DNA of 58,751 nucleotides from Deltaproteobacteria bacterium. Lineage in GTDB: Bacteria > Myxococcota_A > UBA9160 > SMWR01. Where the stretch lies: NCBI GenBank assembly GCA_032128115.1, contig JAQBHB010000045.1, forward strand, positions 1-58,751, read 5' to 3'. Below, one piece after another: positions 1 through 9,648 of this stretch. The translations under genes and the position numbers were made by a program. The notes beneath the pieces were generated by a model. It did no database searches, was not told where the DNA came from, and was given only the letters and a program-made list of their open reading frames with translations. The number at the start of each line of letters is the position of its first letter. The first letter of the stretch is position 1.

Positions 1-334
1 CGAGCAGCTGCCCGATCTCCTTGAGGGACATCTCGCGACCGTCGTCGAAGCCGAACCGGAGCCGCAGCACCAGCTCCTCGCTGTCGCGGCGGCCGGCCTC
101 CGGCGCGAGCCGGCGCGGGTTCGTCCACAGGTCCTCGAGCCGCAGATAGAGCTCGGTGGGGTCGTGGCGCTCGGCGCGGAACGAGAAGGTCTCCGGAAAG
201 AGGCTCTCGAAGCCGTGGCCAGTGTCGCGCTCGAAGCGCACCTCTCGCGCATGGAAGGCGTAGCTGAAGCGGTAGCTCGCCTTGAGTCGCTCGATCCGGA
301 AGTCGAGGCGCGGGATGCCAGCCGGCCCGCTCAT
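1..334 (-). CDS. Partial ORF (runs off left edge): unknown N-terminal region followed by a sigma70 region-4-like segment
   Basis: Manual translation from ATG at 334, 4 nt after the upstream stop: MSGPAGIPRLDFRIERLKASYRFSYAFHAREVRFE...RRDSEELVLRLRFGFDDGREMSLKEIGQLL. The last ~26 aa resemble sigma70 region 4. Not in ORF track. Confidence 0.6.
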   Translation of the reverse strand, partial: MSGPAGIPRLDFRIERLKASYRFSYAFHAREVRFERDTGHGFESLFPETFSFRAERHDPTELYLRLEDLWTNPRRLAPEAGRRDSEELVLRLRFGFDDGREMSLKEIGQLL

Positions 335-338
335 GACC

Positions 339-1478
339 TCAGAGGACGGGCTGCTTCGGGTTCTCTCCGGACTCGTAGTAGCTCTCCACGCGCCGAGCGA
401 GCTCGCGTACACGTTCAGGCAGTCGTTGCTGAGGCCAGCGCTGGTTCGCAAGGCGCATGCGATCCAGCAGCGGCTGGGCGTCCGGGAAGGCTTCGCGCGA
501 GAGCGCGTCGTCCACCGCCAGCCAATACTCGATCGCCGTTTGAGTACGCGAGGCCCGGTCGCGCAGCTCGGCCCGCCCGGGCGAAGTGACCCCCAGCTCA
601 CCGAGCTCTCGCACCAAGGAGCTCAGATCGCTCTGCGCGCTGCCCAGCGGCTGGCGCAGCGAACCATCGCCAGCGCTCACCAGCCCCTCGACGATGGCAT
701 CGAGCTTGCGCCGCACCGGCTCGTGCGAGATCTCGCGCGCGAGGATCACGCGGCCCAGTGGGCCGCCGGCCGGCCGGGCCAGGGCGCGCGCGTGGACACG
801 CAGCCGCACGCCGCGCCCCACTGGCAGCTCGATCTCCTGGTAGCAGCCCGCTTCGCTGTCGAGCGAGAGCGCCGGCAATACCAGATCCCGAACCTCGGCG
901 GACAGCACCTGTTCGAGCGGCCGCCCGCGGGCGTCATCGCCGAAGCCCAGGTACTCGCGCGCCAGCCGGTTGGCCGCGCGGACGACGCCGTCCGCGTCCA
1001 CGGCCAACGCGCCCGTGTCGAGCTCGTCCATCACCGCTTCCAGGAAGACGTTGGCGCCACGCAGGTCGCCCCCCAGTCGCTCGTTCTCCTCGGCCAGCGC
1101 GTGGTGCTCGGCGGCTCGCCGCACCACCTGCTTCAGCTGGTCCGGCTCCCAGGGCTTCGTGATGTAGGCGTAGACGTGGCCGTCGTTGATGGCCTGGATG
1201 ATGGCCTCCATGTCGGAGAAGCCGGTGAGGATCATTCGCACCGTGGACGGGTGGCGCTTGCAGACCTCCGTGAGGAACTCGACTCCGTCCATGTTGGGCA
1301 TGCGCTGGTCGGTGAGCACGGCCGCAATCGGCGACTTCTCGTCCAGCAGCTCGAGCGCGGCCCGGGCGTCGTTCGAGGTGTAGACCTCGTAATCGTCCTC
1401 GAACGTGAAGGCCATCGTCTCGAGGATGGCCTCCTCGTCATCGACGACCAGGATGCGCGGGAGAACTGTACCCGTCAT
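339..1478 (-). CDS. Response regulator: receiver + PAS + helical C-terminal domain
   Basis: RILVVDDE...VLTDQRMP...ILTG...YITKPW receiver; PAS-like LEAVMDELDTGALAVDADGVVRAAN. Start moved to ATG 1478 (MTGTVLPRILVVDD). Confidence 0.85.
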   Translation of the reverse strand: MTGTVLPRILVVDDEEAILETMAFTFEDDYEVYTSNDARAALELLDEKSPIAAVLTDQRMPNMDGVEFLTEVCKRHPSTVRMILTGFSDMEAIIQAINDGHVYAYITKPWEPDQLKQVVRRAAEHHALAEENERLGGDLRGANVFLEAVMDELDTGALAVDADGVVRAANRLAREYLGFGDDARGRPLEQVLSAEVRDLVLPALSLDSEAGCYQEIELPVGRGVRLRVHARALARPAGGPLGRVILAREISHEPVRRKLDAIVEGLVSAGDGSLRQPLGSAQSDLSSLVRELGELGVTSPGRAELRDRASRTQTAIEYWLAVDDALSREAFPDAQPLLDRMRLANQRWPQQRLPERVRELARRVESYYESGENPKQPVL

Positions 1479-1512
1479 GGTATTCGCAGGCGCGGCGAGC
1501 GACGGCTCCCGC

Positions 1513-2082
1513 TCACCAACCCAGATAGCTGCCGGACTTCCGCTTCTCCGATTCCTTCGCCTGGCGTTTGGCGATTTCGGCTCGGATCCGCTTGCGGTCC
1601 GCATCCAGGCGCTTGAGCAGTCGCTCCTTCGCTGCGCTCGACCACGGCCGCTGTTCGGCCACGTCTCGCAGACTTCGGAACTTGCGATAGCCCCAGAGCT
1701 CGTGCTTGAACTCTTCCTCGATGAACTTGACCATGATGGCGTCGTCCAGGAAGCCCAGACCCGGGACGTGATCGGGAATCAGGTCTTCCGGATTCGAGAA
1801 GTAGGCGATGCCCGCAAGCACCTGGGTGCGCACGTTCTTGGGCGCCGCGTACTCGTCGTCCTGGATCATGTCCGTGAGGTCCGCCAGCACCGAGATCGCC
1901 TCGGTAACGAACGGGGGGGTCTTCTTGGAATCCCGCACCCGCATCACGATATCCCGGGCGTCTCGGATGATGGCGGCGGGATCCTGGTCTGCGGCGCCCT
2001 TCTTCGCCTGGCGGTAGAGCGAGCGGAAATAGTTCGCATCCGACTCGTCGAGGGTGAAGCTGACCTTGAATTTCGCTGCCAT
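1513..2082 (-). CDS. YkvA/DUF1232 family protein
   Basis: Motif AYFSNPEDLIPDHVPGLGFLDD; ATG 2082 preceded by a GGGAGG Shine-Dalgarno; C-terminal part of the 684-aa shadow ORF. Confidence 0.8.
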   Translation of the reverse strand: MAAKFKVSFTLDESDANYFRSLYRQAKKGAADQDPAAIIRDARDIVMRVRDSKKTPPFVTEAISVLADLTDMIQDDEYAAPKNVRTQVLAGIAYFSNPEDLIPDHVPGLGFLDDAIMVKFIEEEFKHELWGYRKFRSLRDVAEQRPWSSAAKERLLKRLDADRKRIRAEIAKRQAKESEKRKSGSYLGW

Positions 2083-2135
2083 CTGGGCCTCCCGGATTCG
2101 CAGGCGCGGCAAACCGTTCCAAGCGATCGACTCTA

Positions 2136-3497
2136 TCAGTACCGCGCGTACTCGATCAAGCGATCCAGGGAGCGGTTCCAATCGCGCTCCCAGTGCTCCA
2201 GCACGATCTCTCCGGGGCTGGCGCCCCGCTCCAGAATGGCCAGGATGGGGTCCAGGAAGGGCCGCTCGTCGGCGTCCCTCGCGCCCGCGTGACCGATCCG
2301 CGAAAGCCCCTCCCCCGCGATCGATGCCAACTCCCGCGCCACCTCCAATACCGGCCGGCCGGCGAACTCCGCCGCCAGGCCCCGGCGCGCCACGTCGGCC
2401 CGGGCCACTTCGCGTTGCGCGGGCTGGGTGTGGGACACCAGATCCCAGGCGGCAGCGAGCGCGTCCGCGTCGTAGAGCAGGCCCTTCCACAGGGCCGGCA
2501 GGGAGCACGTGAGGTCCGGAGGCACGGCATCGGCGCCGCGCACCTCGATCACCCGCTTCAGGCGTACGTCGGGAAACAGGGTAGTCAGGTGACGATCGAA
2601 GTCCGCCACGCTGGCGCGGGTTTCCGCCAGGCCGTCTCGCATGAACTGCCGGAAGGTCAGGTGGGTGGCCTCCCGGTATCGCCCGTTGCGCACCACGAAG
2701 AACATGGGGACGTCCAGGGCCCACTCCACGTAGCGGCGGTAGCCGAAATCCGGATCGAAAACCCAGGGCAGCAGCCCGCAGCGGTCCGGGTCCATGTGTT
2801 GCCAGATGTGCATGCGCCTCGAGATGAACCCGTTGGCCTTGCCCCCGGACAGGCTCGAATTGGCGAAGATTGCCGAGACGACCGGTGAGATGGCCAGGGC
2901 GGTGCGCATCTTTGCCACCATGTCGGCCTCGTCGGAGTAGTCGAAGTTGGCCTGCACGGTCGCCGTGATGTGCATCATGTCCAGAGCCAGGCTGCCCTGC
3001 TGGGGCAGGTAGCGGCGCATGATCCGGTAGCGCTCCTTGGGCACTTGCGGCGCCGCTTCGACGCCGTGGATGGGGCGCATCCCCAGGCCCAGCCACACGA
3101 TCCCCAGGGGCTCGCTGACCCGGTGCATCAGGGCCAGGTGGGTGTGGAACTCGTCGCAGGTCTCGTGGATGCTGCGAAGCGGGACCCCGGAGAGCTCGAA
3201 CTGTCCGCCGGGCTCCAGGGTGATGCTGGCGGAGTCCTTCTGGAGGGCGATCAGCGCGCCGCCTTCCCGCACCCGGGTCCAGCCCTCGTCCGCTGCGATG
3301 CGCTCCAGCAGGGAGGCGATGCCGCGCTCGCCATCGAAGGGCACGGGCAGCCGCTCGGTCAGGAGCAGACCGATCTTCTCGTGCTCGGTTCCGACCCGCC
3401 AGCGCTCGGGGTGCTTTTCGCCCGACTGGAGAAATGCCACCAGTTCGTCGACGGACTCGACGGGCGTCTGCTCGTCGGGCACGGCGCCGAAGCTCAC
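2136..3497 (-). CDS. gshA: Glutamate--cysteine ligase (plant/alphaproteobacterial GCS2 type)
   Basis: VGTEHEK, ITLEPGGQFELSG, TATVQANFDY, HLTTLFPDVRLKRVIEVRGAD; GTG 3497 overlaps the upstream stop (GTGA). Confidence 0.9.
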   Translation of the reverse strand: MSFGAVPDEQTPVESVDELVAFLQSGEKHPERWRVGTEHEKIGLLLTERLPVPFDGERGIASLLERIAADEGWTRVREGGALIALQKDSASITLEPGGQFELSGVPLRSIHETCDEFHTHLALMHRVSEPLGIVWLGLGMRPIHGVEAAPQVPKERYRIMRRYLPQQGSLALDMMHITATVQANFDYSDEADMVAKMRTALAISPVVSAIFANSSLSGGKANGFISRRMHIWQHMDPDRCGLLPWVFDPDFGYRRYVEWALDVPMFFVVRNGRYREATHLTFRQFMRDGLAETRASVADFDRHLTTLFPDVRLKRVIEVRGADAVPPDLTCSLPALWKGLLYDADALAAAWDLVSHTQPAQREVARADVARRGLAAEFAGRPVLEVARELASIAGEGLSRIGHAGARDADERPFLDPILAILERGASPGEIVLEHWERDWNRSLDRLIEYARY

Positions 3498-3922
3498 GGG
3501 GTCGCGGCTTCCCTGAGAAAGCGCTCGAGGAATGCGCCGAGGGCGGCTTCGATCTCGCCCTCCGCATCGAGGGGGAGGGTGCAACAGGGACCCTCGGGTT
3601 TGCCCACGTGGAATGGCCCCACCAGCGTGACGTCGCCCCGGCTCTTGACCGTGACGATGGCGCGATGACGGCCGCGTCTCAGGTCGAACTCGACGGCCCG
3701 CAGGTGCTTGTCGTCGACCTGGATCTCGCCAAGAGCCACGCGCAAGTGGGGGGCGCCGGCGGCGTGGGCCCCCCGGTGGAAGCGCTCGAGGGCCGACCCG
3801 ACGCGACTGCGGATCTTCTCGGCGCAGGCCCGGGCCTCGTCGAGTCCCCCCCGGTGCGCGGCCTCGCGCTCGCCAAGCTCTCGCCCGAGGTGTTCGAGTC
3901 GGTCGCCCAGGTCGATGGTCAT
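3494..3922 (-). CDS. Hypothetical protein (142 aa)
   Basis: Protein-like composition, GTGA coupling to gshA, TATCCT -10 box 6 nt before the ATG. Confidence 0.7.
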   Translation of the reverse strand: MTIDLGDRLEHLGRELGEREAAHRGGLDEARACAEKIRSRVGSALERFHRGAHAAGAPHLRVALGEIQVDDKHLRAVEFDLRRGRHRAIVTVKSRGDVTLVGPFHVGKPEGPCCTLPLDAEGEIEAALGAFLERFLREAATP

Positions 3923-3955
3923 GTGCCGAGGATACTGGAAAAGACGCGTCGGAGG

Positions 3956-5356
3956 TCAGAACGCCTCTTCGGTGGCGGCCAACAGGGTGCCGGAATTCAT
4001 CAGGGCCAGCAGGCTATCGCGGGCGCTGTCGAAGGCGTGGCGAGAGGCGGGATGCACGGGGGCCCCGCCCGGCGTTCCCAGCTCGGCGGGGTTCACGTAG
4101 CGACCGTCGTGGGAGACCCGGAAACACACGTGGGGACCGGTGGCCAGACCCGTCTTGCCCACGTAGCCGATCAACTGCTTCTGGCTGACCCGCTGTCCCA
4201 CCTCGAGGCCGCTCACGTACCGGGACATGTGGGCGTAGTAGGACACATACCCCCGGGCGTGGCGGATCTTCACCAGGTTCCCGAAGCCGCCGGCAGGCGC
4301 CTTGTAGATCACCTCGCCATCCGCCACCGCCCAGATGGGTGTTCCGGTGGGCGCGGCATAGTCGATGCCGTAGTGCGGTCGCGTGATCTTGAGGATCGGG
4401 TGGTGGCGCGCCGACGTGTAGCTGGAGCTGATGCGGGCGTACCGCAGCGGCGCCTTCAGGAACTGCCCCTCGACGCTGGTCCCATCCGGGCGGTAGTAGC
4501 CGCCGTAGCCGTTCTCCGACTCCTCGAAGTAGATGGCCGTGTGGTCCCCCACGATTCCGGAGTAGCGGGCCGCCAGGATCCTTCCGGGACGCACGTACAC
4601 CGATTCGCCCGCGTCGTTGTCGGTGTAGAGGCGTTCGTACAGCACCTGGAACTCGTCGCCCGCGTGCATGTTGCGAGAGAAGTCCACATCCCAGGCGAAG
4701 ATGTCGGCGAACTCGCTGGCCAGCAGTGAGCTCTCGCCCAGATCCTTGACCGCGTCGTAAAGGTTCGAGATGACGACGCCGGCGATCCGGGCCGGGCGCG
4801 GGCGCAGCTCGCTCTCCTCGCGCGCCACCTTGTACTCGCCGTCCTCGACCCGCATCCGGTAGCTCACCACCGACGAGGTGCGGTAGCGGAAGTCGACCAC
4901 CTCGCCGCGGGCGTTCCGGGACAGGCGATAGCCGTGGCCCGGCTGGGAGCGGCGGAAGTCGAACAGGGGCGAGATGGCCTGGGTAACCTGCACCACGATC
5001 TCCTCCGGCACGCCCTCGCCGCGGAGCGAGCTCGAGAGGGTTTCGCCGCGCCCCAGCGACCCTCGGATCACTTGCACCTCCGCCTCGACCGCTATTTCCG
5101 GCTCGGCGACGCGCACTTCGGGCTTCGCCACCACGGCGTCGAGCAGGTCCGGCTCCTGGCGGGCGATCAGTTCGGCAGGCGGCACCGGCAGTTGATCCGC
5201 CATCCGCACGCCGCTCGGGCGCGACCCCGCCGCCGACGTAAACGCCGAAAGCGAGATTCCCATGACTGAAGCTGCCCCCACCCCCAACGCCATCGAGACG
5301 ACGAAGTGCTTGTGGTAGGGGACGGCGTAGCTGGAGCGCCTGCTCCGTCGTCGCAT
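3956..5356 (-). CDS. M23 family peptidoglycan DD-endopeptidase (MepM-like)
   Basis: N-terminal TM segment, FAWDVDF, PHYGIDYAAPTGTP (HxxxD), YYAHMS, GKTGLATGPHVCF; ATG 5356 with GGAGA SD. Confidence 0.9.
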   Translation of the reverse strand: MRRRSRRSSYAVPYHKHFVVSMALGVGAASVMGISLSAFTSAAGSRPSGVRMADQLPVPPAELIARQEPDLLDAVVAKPEVRVAEPEIAVEAEVQVIRGSLGRGETLSSSLRGEGVPEEIVVQVTQAISPLFDFRRSQPGHGYRLSRNARGEVVDFRYRTSSVVSYRMRVEDGEYKVAREESELRPRPARIAGVVISNLYDAVKDLGESSLLASEFADIFAWDVDFSRNMHAGDEFQVLYERLYTDNDAGESVYVRPGRILAARYSGIVGDHTAIYFEESENGYGGYYRPDGTSVEGQFLKAPLRYARISSSYTSARHHPILKITRPHYGIDYAAPTGTPIWAVADGEVIYKAPAGGFGNLVKIRHARGYVSYYAHMSRYVSGLEVGQRVSQKQLIGYVGKTGLATGPHVCFRVSHDGRYVNPAELGTPGGAPVHPASRHAFDSARDSLLALMNSGTLLAATEEAF

Positions 5357-5444
5357 CGATTCTCCGGCTGGCCGGGTCGCGGCGGTATAATTAGCCTTCA
5401 GCGAGCCAGTCCGCACTTGATACACGCGTTCCGGATGCAGGTAG

Positions 5445-6968
5445 GTGCGACAAATCACACGACCCAAAAAGTGGGGGTTCCCCTACAGATTGCATCGCAA
5501 AACACGTCCCCGCCTGGGATTTCCTGCGCTAGCCGTGGCCCTGGCCATCGCTTCGGGCCTGCTCCTCGGCACCAGCATCCCCCAGGCGCCCCCGGAGACC
5601 CCGCCGGTACCCACCCCCCAGGAAACGCCGGGCCAGCGCGCCGCCCGCATCCTGGGCGAGGCCATCCAGATTCGGACGGTCAATCCGCCGGGTGACGAGC
5701 GGCCTGCAGCCGAGTTCTTCACGAACCAGCTGGCAGCGGCCGGAATCGAAGCGGCCCTTGTGGAAACTCCGCCCGGGGATTCGAAAGTGGGCCGGGCCGC
5801 CGCCTGGGGGCGATTGCGGGGAGCGGGCAAGCGGCGTCCCCTGGTGCTGCTGTCTCACCTGGACGTGGTTCCCGCCGAACCGCCGGACTGGGAGGCCGAT
5901 CCCTTCGGCGGCGTCGAGCGCAACGGCTTCGTGATCGGGCGCGGTGCGCTGGACGCCAAGGGCGTGGCCGTGGTCCACCTGCTGACCGTGACCGAGCTGG
6001 CCAAGCGCGAGCACAAGCTCGAGCGCGATCTGATCTTCCTGGCCACGCCCGATGAGGAGGACGGCGGCCGCCTGGGCGCCGGCATCCTGGTTCGCGAGCG
6101 TCCCGACCTGCTCCACGACGCCGAATACCTGGTCACCGAGGGCGGGAGCGTGCGCCTGGGCGCCGACGGAACGAACCCCGTATGGAGCATCGCCATCACC
6201 GAGAAGAGCCCGTGCTGGCTGCGGGTGGTGGCCACCGGTACCCCCGGCCACAGCTCGGCGCCGCCGCGGGACGCGGCGGTTTCGCGCCTGGTAGAAGCCC
6301 TGGATCGGGTGCGCCGCATGGAGCATCCGGTGCTGGTGGTGCCCGAGGTGCAGCGAATGTTCGAAACCCTCGCACCGATCGCGCCTCCCGAGGACAAGGA
6401 CGGCTACTCCGACCTGGCGGCCAGTCTTGGGCTCGATCTGGAGTTCCGCAACCGCTTCCTGGCCGATCACGCCCACAACGCCCTGGTGCGCAACACCCTG
6501 GCCATCACCGTGCTCGAGGGTGCGTCGCGCACCAACACCCTGCCCGGCGAAGCGGCGGCCCACCTGGATGCGCGCCTGCTTCCCATCGAGCGTTGCGACG
6601 CCTTCGCGGCCCAGGTGCGCGAGACCATCGGCGACGCGCGCATTCGCGTGGAGACGCTGCTCTCGTTTCCGTCGCGCAGCTCACCGGTGGACACGCCCCT
6701 CTACCAGGCGATCCGGACGGTGGCCATGGCCAGCGACCCGGAGGCCATCGTGCTGCCGCGCATGCTGGCGGGCTTCACGGACGCCCACTACTTCCGCGAC
6801 CTGGGCATCGTGTCCTACGGCTTCGTGCCACGCTGGCACCGCGCCGACGAAACCCGCGGCATTCACGGCCCCAACGAACGCATCTCCGTCGAGAACCTGA
6901 CCCGCGGCGTGGAAACCCTGGTCGCCATCATCGAAGAACTCGACCGCATGGACACCCGGGAGAACTGA
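5445..6968 (+). CDS. M20/M25/M40 family metallopeptidase, exported or membrane-anchored
   Basis: SHLDVV, GRGALDAKG, PDEE, GFTDAHYF, IHGPNERI; N-terminal hydrophobic segment. Start uncertain (GTG 5445 or TTG 5490). Confidence 0.88.
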   Translation: MRQITRPKKWGFPYRLHRKTRPRLGFPALAVALAIASGLLLGTSIPQAPPETPPVPTPQETPGQRAARILGEAIQIRTVNPPGDERPAAEFFTNQLAAAGIEAALVETPPGDSKVGRAAAWGRLRGAGKRRPLVLLSHLDVVPAEPPDWEADPFGGVERNGFVIGRGALDAKGVAVVHLLTVTELAKREHKLERDLIFLATPDEEDGGRLGAGILVRERPDLLHDAEYLVTEGGSVRLGADGTNPVWSIAITEKSPCWLRVVATGTPGHSSAPPRDAAVSRLVEALDRVRRMEHPVLVVPEVQRMFETLAPIAPPEDKDGYSDLAASLGLDLEFRNRFLADHAHNALVRNTLAITVLEGASRTNTLPGEAAAHLDARLLPIERCDAFAAQVRETIGDARIRVETLLSFPSRSSPVDTPLYQAIRTVAMASDPEAIVLPRMLAGFTDAHYFRDLGIVSYGFVPRWHRADETRGIHGPNERISVENLTRGVETLVAIIEELDRMDTREN

Positions 6969-8303
6969 CTAGATCAATTCCTGGACGGCCTTGTGCAGGG
7001 CTTCGAAGAGGGGCTCGATCTCGTCGAGTTCGAGGCAGCTGAAGGCGATGCGGAGATCGCGGCTTCCAACGGAGATCACGCCCATGCCGTACCCGTCCAG
7101 CAGGCGCAGGCGCACCTTCTCCGCGTCGACGCCGTGGATCGCCACGCACATGAAGTATCCGCTGTTGAAGGGATACACGTCCCAGGACTCGCGATAGCGC
7201 GGCTCGCGGGCCACCTGGTCCACCTTCTCGGCCCGCTCCCGCAGGCACTCGCTCTTCTGCTTGCGCTCTTCGGCAACCGATGACGAACCCAACGCCCGCT
7301 CCACCACGGACTGGGAGAACTGCGACACATTGGAGATGCCGCTGCGGATCGCGCCGCGTACCTTGGCGTCGAGCACCGCCACCACCTCGTCGCAGGTCTC
7401 GGGATTTCCCGGCCCGAACGTCATGAAGCCGCAACGAAGACCCCAGGCGAACAGCTCCTTGGTCGCCCCGTCGAGCCTCACCGCCAGCAGGTTGGGATGG
7501 CGATTGGCGAGCACGCCGAACAACGACTCGGTCATGGAGCGGCCGCGAAGGTGATAGAACAGGCCGAAATAGGCATCGTCGAAGACCGCCACGATCCGCG
7601 TCCCGGTTTCGGCCTGGCGCACCAGGGCGTCGGCAATCTGCTCGCCCTCCGCCTCGGTCGGCACGTAGCCCGTCGGGTTGTTGGGGAAGTTGAGGAGAGT
7701 CAGGACCTTCTCGCGCTCGTCGGCCGCCTGGGAAAGGCCGCTCGCGAACCCGTCGCAGTCGAAGCCCTCACCCGCATAGAACGGGAACGTCCGGATCTCG
7801 GCACCGAAGCGCACCTGGTAGGCGAGCCGGTAGTTCCCCCACAGCTTGTCCGGCAGCAGGATCCGGTCGCCCTCGCCAACGAAGAGATCCCCCACCAGCG
7901 ACAAGCCGTGGGTGATGGCCGCGGTCACGACGGGCAGACCGAATTGCTTTCCGCGCAGTGAGGGATTCTCGCCGAGCATCTTTTCGCGCCAGCGCTCGCG
8001 CAATCCCGGACGCCCACCGGGCGGGGCGTAGTCGAGCGCGTCGGCCGGGCCCACCTCGTGGACGTAGCGCTCGATGGAGGGCAGGTGCATGGGCTCGCCC
8101 CCCTCGGTGGCGATACCGATGGTGGCGTTGGATACGTGGGCGCGTTCCCTGGCTTCCGCGGACTGGGTGAGGATGCCCTTCGGATAGTAGAGCCGACGCC
8201 CCAGCGGCGACAGCATCCCGAGAACCTCGGGGGCTGCAGCCTCGAGGCGCCGGTTGAGTTCCTGCGCCAGCGGGTTCAACGGTTGGGTCTCGCGGACTGT
8301 CAC
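6969..8303 (-). CDS. Class I/II PLP-dependent aminotransferase (aspartate aminotransferase-like)
   Basis: NATIG, YAPPGG, NFPNNPTG, DDAYFG, GATKELFAWGLRCG (PLP lysine), DLRIAFS; start probably GTG 8303. Confidence 0.88.
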   Translation of the reverse strand: MTVRETQPLNPLAQELNRRLEAAAPEVLGMLSPLGRRLYYPKGILTQSAEARERAHVSNATIGIATEGGEPMHLPSIERYVHEVGPADALDYAPPGGRPGLRERWREKMLGENPSLRGKQFGLPVVTAAITHGLSLVGDLFVGEGDRILLPDKLWGNYRLAYQVRFGAEIRTFPFYAGEGFDCDGFASGLSQAADEREKVLTLLNFPNNPTGYVPTEAEGEQIADALVRQAETGTRIVAVFDDAYFGLFYHLRGRSMTESLFGVLANRHPNLLAVRLDGATKELFAWGLRCGFMTFGPGNPETCDEVVAVLDAKVRGAIRSGISNVSQFSQSVVERALGSSSVAEERKQKSECLRERAEKVDQVAREPRYRESWDVYPFNSGYFMCVAIHGVDAEKVRLRLLDGYGMGVISVGSRDLRIAFSCLELDEIEPLFEALHKAVQELI

Positions 8304-8337
8304 GGGCTCGATTTCCTGGGTACGACCGCGCGGGAAT

Positions 8338-8853
8338 CTACAGCCGACGGTGCAGCACGTCCACGAAGTCGTCGAATCCCAGTGCGCGCCAGAAGGCCTG
8401 ACCCTCGGGATTGCCGGTCGCGACCCGCACCTCGACGCGCGTAACGCCCCGGGCGGCCAACCAGTCTCGGGCCGCAGCCACCAGCGCCCGCCCGATCCCC
8501 CGTCGCCGCCGCGCCAGGGCGACAGCCAGGTCCGTGATCTCGGCGCGCTCGGTTTCGTGCTGGATGGAAGGCGCCCGGTCGATCCGCACCGTGCAGAAAC
8601 CCACGAGTTCGACGGGGCCCGAGCCGTCTGCCAGCTCCCACACGAAGGTCGCGGCATCTCGATCGCGAAGCCCTGCGGCCAGCAGGTCGCGGACCCGGGG
8701 GGCGGCATCCGGACGCATCTCGAACAGCGGGTCGACACGCGCGTGGTGGGCGGCCAGATCCGACCACAGCACCACCAGGCGATCCAGGTCGCGGGGGTGG
8801 GCGTCGCGCACGGCGCCGGGGGCTCGCGGGGTGGAGGGGCGCTCAGCGCTCAC
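8338..8853 (-). CDS. GNAT family N-acetyltransferase
   Basis: Motif A RRRRGIGRAL, N..GQAFWRALGF; start probably GTG 8853. Confidence 0.85.
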   Translation of the reverse strand: MSAERPSTPRAPGAVRDAHPRDLDRLVVLWSDLAAHHARVDPLFEMRPDAAPRVRDLLAAGLRDRDAATFVWELADGSGPVELVGFCTVRIDRAPSIQHETERAEITDLAVALARRRRGIGRALVAAARDWLAARGVTRVEVRVATGNPEGQAFWRALGFDDFVDVLHRRL

Positions 8854-9640
8854 CAACCCCGTCGTCTTCCTCCCCCTGTTCGTCTGCCGAATCCGCCGAG
8901 CCCGCCGAATCTTCCGAATTGGCCCCGAAGGCCCCCTGTGACTGGATACCCAGGGCCTCCTTCTGGCGCTCCTCCTGGCTGCGGCCCTTGAGCGCCGCCA
9001 CCGCCCCGGCGCGCAACATGCGAAAGCTGCCATGGCGGGTGCCGTCGCGTTCGAAACGACCCTTCAGGAGCGTGCCGTCTGGGGAGACCTCCACTGTTTC
9101 GTAGCGGGTGCCGCCTTCCACCGTCTCGGCTCGTGCCGAGCCCATGATGTCGGTGCGCTCGAATATGGGCAGTTCGGGCATGCCCTCGATGCTCCAGCTT
9201 TCGATGTAGCTGATCACCGAAGCCGACATCGCGTTCGAGCCCTCCCGGGAGCGCCAGCCCTTGGCGTCGGAGCCGCGCAGGGACTTCGACTTCGAGCCGC
9301 GCGAGTTGTACGAGAGCCCCGCCATGATCTCCGCGAACTGGCCCGGATTCGGGGTCCAGAAGTGCAGCTCGCGCGCGTACTGCCCGGTATCGCGGCGCTC
9401 GAAGCGCCCCGATTCGTCGACGAAGACCACGATGGGATATTCGGTCCAGCGGATCCGGCTCCCCGATTTCTCGAAGATCCAGATCTTGTCGTCCCAGCGC
9501 TCCACGTCGGGATGGGTGCTGTTGTCGTCGCGGTAGTGGATGAGCAGGTGCCAGGTGCCGATCAGGTCCACGGCCCGAGCCGACGCCGCGGTCGGAACGG
9601 CCAGCGTGAGGCCCAGGGCCGCCAGCGCGGCGCGGGCCAC
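8843..9640 (-). CDS. Exported hypothetical protein (beta-rich)
   Basis: Signal-peptide-like VARAALAALGLTLAVPTAASA then DLIGTWHLL; start GTG 9640 avoids overlap with thyX. Confidence 0.7.
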   Translation of the reverse strand: MARAALAALGLTLAVPTAASARAVDLIGTWHLLIHYRDDNSTHPDVERWDDKIWIFEKSGSRIRWTEYPIVVFVDESGRFERRDTGQYARELHFWTPNPGQFAEIMAGLSYNSRGSKSKSLRGSDAKGWRSREGSNAMSASVISYIESWSIEGMPELPIFERTDIMGSARAETVEGGTRYETVEVSPDGTLLKGRFERDGTRHGSFRMLRAGAVAALKGRSQEERQKEALGIQSQGAFGANSEDSAGSADSADEQGEEDDGVGER

Positions 9641-9648
9641 GCGCGAGG

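Noticed and set aside
8885..8930. 9-bp periodic CCGAAT/CCGAG repeats
   Set aside because: They encode a low-complexity tail (SEDSAGSADSADE) of the exported protein; not an array.
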